Positions 60,048 to 64,000 of a stretch of DNA of 64,000 bases are shown one piece after another. Both the position numbers and the translations under genes were made by a program. Origin of the DNA: Chrysomallon squamiferum (taxonomy: Eukaryota > Animalia > Mollusca). Within the stretch, counting starts at the first letter, position 1. The number at the start of each line of letters is the position of its first letter. The stretch spans positions 1,488,001 through 1,552,000 of the forward strand of contig CM022670.1 in the NCBI GenBank assembly GCA_012295275.1. The letters run 5' to 3'. The notes under the pieces were generated by a model, which saw only the letters and a list, made by a program, of their open reading frames with translations, ran no database searches and had not been told where the DNA came from.

Positions 60048-62154
60048 TACACACTGTTTGTTTGCTGTGACGCTCATTTGAAAAAACAAAAATATATATA
60101 TATATGAGGGGGTGCCTGTTGTAAAAATAAATCAGTTATGAAAATTATTTATCAACATATTATTACTGTTTATAAAACAATTTTTGTCAGCAGAACATCT
60201 CATGAACATTACTTGTTACTCACAAGTTATTGTCATGATAATTTTTAAAGAAATTTTGTTTTATTTAATGCTCTTATTTTGAGTGCAAAGCAATAAAAAA
60301 GTATTTTTATGTCTTCAGAGTTAATTTAACATTGTGTGTATTATACAGGCTCATTTTAAATGTGTTTTCTGTGATGTATATTAAATCATAGTCAATTTTC
60401 ACACTTGTCGTAAGTGTCTTTTGTTGAATTTATGTGTTTTATAAAATTTATGTGTTTTATTCAGTGTGAAATTTTAAAATAGTATAATCAGTATAGTGTT
60501 TTGTGTCTCAACAGTGTCATATTTCTAACACTAACCTTACAAAGAAACCTTCAGTTAGTTATCTAACATTTTAGTTTTAAAAATAAAATTTATTTTAATG
60601 TTAGGATCAAATTAAAAATGAAATTGTTTCTTATTTTCCTTGTTTGTTAAGGGTGGATATTATTTTTTTATTTTAATTTTTTATTTCTTTTATTTTATTT
60701 AATTTTTATTTTTTTATTATTATTTATTTTATTTTATTATTATTATTACTTCTTTCTTTTTTTTTTTCAGTGTTTTTAGTGTGATTTTTTTTTTCTTCTG
60801 TTTTTTATTACTAATCTTAAATTGTAAGAAGTACTTGTTTGGTAATACAGTTTAACTAAAATGTAACTGTTCTTCTAATTAACTTAATCTACCAAATATA
60901 AACAATTCATGAAAAATGGCAGAATTAAATAATGTCTGCCTGTGTGAATATTAAATACAAACGTTAAAAAAACAAACATATCCAAAACACCACACAGTCT
61001 ACAATCTAATGCACACCCATCTGATATAAAATGGATGATAGTTCTCTTCCATTTGTCTTTAAAAAAAAACAAAAAACAAAAACACGTTTAGTATAGCTTG
61101 TGGTTTGATCTTATTTTAAGACACTTTTATGATATGGCACTCTCATCAATGGTTGATTAACTTTAGAAGGGGTAAGAGACGTTCTGTCTACCCCTCTAGA
61201 CTGATACATACACACTGTTCTGACTGGTTTATAAACAAGCTTTTGTTAAGAGCTATCTTTTTTAATTCATTTTTTTGTTTTTAATTTTAATTTAATTTTT
61301 TTTTTATCCAATTTTTTAATTGTATTTTTTAATTTTAATTTTAATTTATGTTTATTTTTTTTTTTTTCTGTATTTTTTTTTATTATTTTTTTTTAATGTA
61401 TTTGTTATTTAATTTTCTATTTATTTAATTTTCTATTTTATTTATTGAATTTACTTTATAAATAAAAGGGTTTTAAAAAATCAAATTAAATGTATATTTT
61501 ATTTCTGTAGCGCCATGTTGCAGAATTATTTTATTTTTTTTATTATTATTTTTTTTAACCAAACCTACGAGTTCGGAGCTTTTTAGATGTGTGTATTATA
61601 TGTATTGTTAACATTTAAAAATAAAAACATTGATCCTTTAATATTACCACAAAGAGTATAACTATTTCGGTTGAATAAAATAATAGTACATCATTTTGAA
61701 TATTCATAATGTAACACTATAAATAACTATTATTCTTAAAATTAATATAGTGCCGTCTGAACGTACTCCAAAATAAATATCTACGAAAATAACACTTTAA
61801 AATTACAATTTAATATAATGATTTACGCACGGGCACACATACACACGTACGGTTTCGCGGCAAAAAAAGGAGTTAAGCTATAAAAGAACTTCGTTTTGCT
61901 TTTCAGGTCAATCATCTGGTTGCAGGTTTAGGCAGAATCAAAAAAGAACAAAGAGTAAAGGATCCAAATGCAGTGTGTCGACATTCCCCATAAATGTCTC
62001 TGTCTCTATTTTAATTTATAATACGGTGAAATGTAGCATCAGCTTTACATTTCCCTAATAGAGCAGGATTATTTATTATCTTTTGCTAATGTTTTAAAAG
62101 TGGTGACAAACCGTAACGTAATTCAGTCATCAAATAGTTTATAAATATCCTTTA

Positions 62155-62155
<1 letters not shown>

Positions 62156-62203
<48 letters not shown>
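62156..62203 (+). repeat. (TG)n microsatellite
   Basis: Uninterrupted TG repeat. Confidence 0.95.
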
Positions 62204-62205
<2 letters not shown>

Positions 62206-62250
62206 CCTAATATAAGTTTTGTATGTACCTCAAATCCATGAACAAAAGGC

Positions 62251-62259
62251 TTAACCCTC

Positions 62260-62313
<54 letters not shown>

Positions 62314-62321
62314 CTTCCTAT

Positions 62322-62358
<37 letters not shown>

Positions 62359-62441
62359 AATTAATTTAATTGTTTATTTGCATATTTATGAATTACAAAA
62401 TCGATCGCCATGAGGTCACGACTCCAACTGCAAAGGGTTAA
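62251..62441. mobile_element. Putative piggyBac-type non-autonomous (MITE) remnant
   Basis: TTAA-CCCTCTTG ... CAAAGGG-TTAA: TTAA flanks with short imperfect CCCT terminal inverted repeats around a poly-T-rich interior. Confidence 0.4.
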
Positions 62442-64000
62442 AATGTTGGCGTTCAGACGTTTTGTAACGATGACAGGTAGTTCAAACCAAATAAAATAAT
62501 AATTTGTAAGAATAAACATTTTATTTTATTTTTTAGATCACGTATTCGTAGTGCCACGTTCTTTAAATAAATTCCGCGACAAATGTTTTGAACCTCCGTG
62601 ATCTATAAATAATGATCTTCAAGTCCCACCTCTAGATCTGCTCTTGAACTCTGTGATTCCGCAGAGACGCACATAAACAGAATGGTGATAGATTACTGAC
62701 ACCAGATGCAGACAAAGATATTAAATACCCGTTGTTTTTTCTATACAGTGTAATTCTAGCAGAGTATATGGAATTTAGAAAATTGTGACAAAGACTAAAC
62801 GAATGAATTATTAATTTTCCAAAAAAAAATAAGAGATAGAAAAAAAACGTATACCATTATAATTTTGAACAGGTATCCATAATAAGAAATATACAATTTT
62901 TTTTTTAACATGAACAATCAGACAACACGCACTAACAATATCAGTTATGTTGATGTCAAATGTTTACTTATTTTCGTATGTCCATACACAGATATCGAAA
63001 TCACTTTATTGAACTAATTTGTACTACATTCGGGTAACAAACTTTAACAATTTGATTTACAGTTAGTTTAATGTAAATCTGAAATGAGCTTCTGCTGTCA
63101 GAGGAATTAACAAATTACACGTTTTTTATTGTAGATAATGTTTTTTTTATTAAAAGATGAGCCTAGAGTTAAAGACATTTAATCAGAATAAACCACTGCT
63201 CATACCATTACTCGGACTATCAGGTGCCGATATAAAGCTATCTATCATGTTATGCCAATATCGAGTGTTGGTTTTATAGTGTTTATATAGCTTGAGAGCT
63301 GAGATAAGATAATTAATTCGTAAGTTATGTCATTCTTCATTTTAGACAAAACATATCCATTAGAAAACTTGACAAATATATTTTCTGATATTTATTGAAA
63401 TGGTTCTTCAGTGCTGGCAATTAACAGTGTTTCGGGAACGATTCTAATCCAGAATTAATAATTAAAGACTACAAAATGAGTCACCCCCAATAAGCTAATA
63501 AAAGACAATAATGTGTGGTTTTTTAGACAGCGCGATCGGAACGGTTCCAATCGAAAATTAACAGTTAAAGACTTATTTACCATTCCACCCATTGAGTCAA
63601 ATTCTAACATACGGCAGTGAAGTACTTGGGTTGGGTGACAGGAACCCCATGCTTCTGTCTGAATGAATAAAACAGTTTTTAATGGATTGAACGAAACGAC
63701 ACAAGTTTTTATTTTTATTTTTAAAAAGGAAGAAAAAGGACAGCTGTAAATAAAAGGTATCGTCTTGAAGCCACCATACAAATGCAGATCTCTAACAATA
63801 AAACATTTTGCACTTCTAATCTGATCGTTAAAAAAATGTATTTCTTTCTTTCTTTCACGTGGAGTAAATCTCCGTGCAGTACTAACTCGAAAGCTAGACG
63901 AGGCCAATTTAAAGATCAATCGGTATCATCCGAGAATACATTTATGTATTTTAATTCCATACTGAACATATATATAAGTGTTTTCCGTGACATATTGTTT

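Noticed and set aside
61165-61200. Small hairpin AGGGGTA...TACCCCT downstream of SETD9
   Set aside because: Too short to distinguish from chance.

Overview
Very AT-rich, intron-dense eukaryotic (metazoan, probably mollusc/lophotrochozoan - inferred from style, not proven) genomic DNA. Manual exon stitching at GT-AG boundaries gives eight housekeeping/ciliary genes: 3' end of ATRAID (+), ALG14 (-), TLCD4/TMEM56 (+), IFT74 (+), SERBP1/HABP4-family (-), ZNF367 (+), EIF2B2 (-) and SETD9 (+). Six of them form three head-to-head pairs. Most ORF-track entries are spurious or partial exons. Best non-obvious signals: a well-formed candidate box C/D snoRNA in a SERBP1 intron, a U12-type (minor spliceosome) last intron in IFT74, an IFT74 start codon split by an intron (AT|G), an apparent 1-nt frameshift in IFT74 (probably a homopolymer error), vertebrate-like microsynteny (ALG14-TLCD4, HABP4/SERBP1-ZNF367), an E2F/YY1-rich bidirectional promoter, and a uORF overlapping the SETD9 start. 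I found no prokaryote-type system (CRISPR, operon) and no clearly novel protein-coding system.
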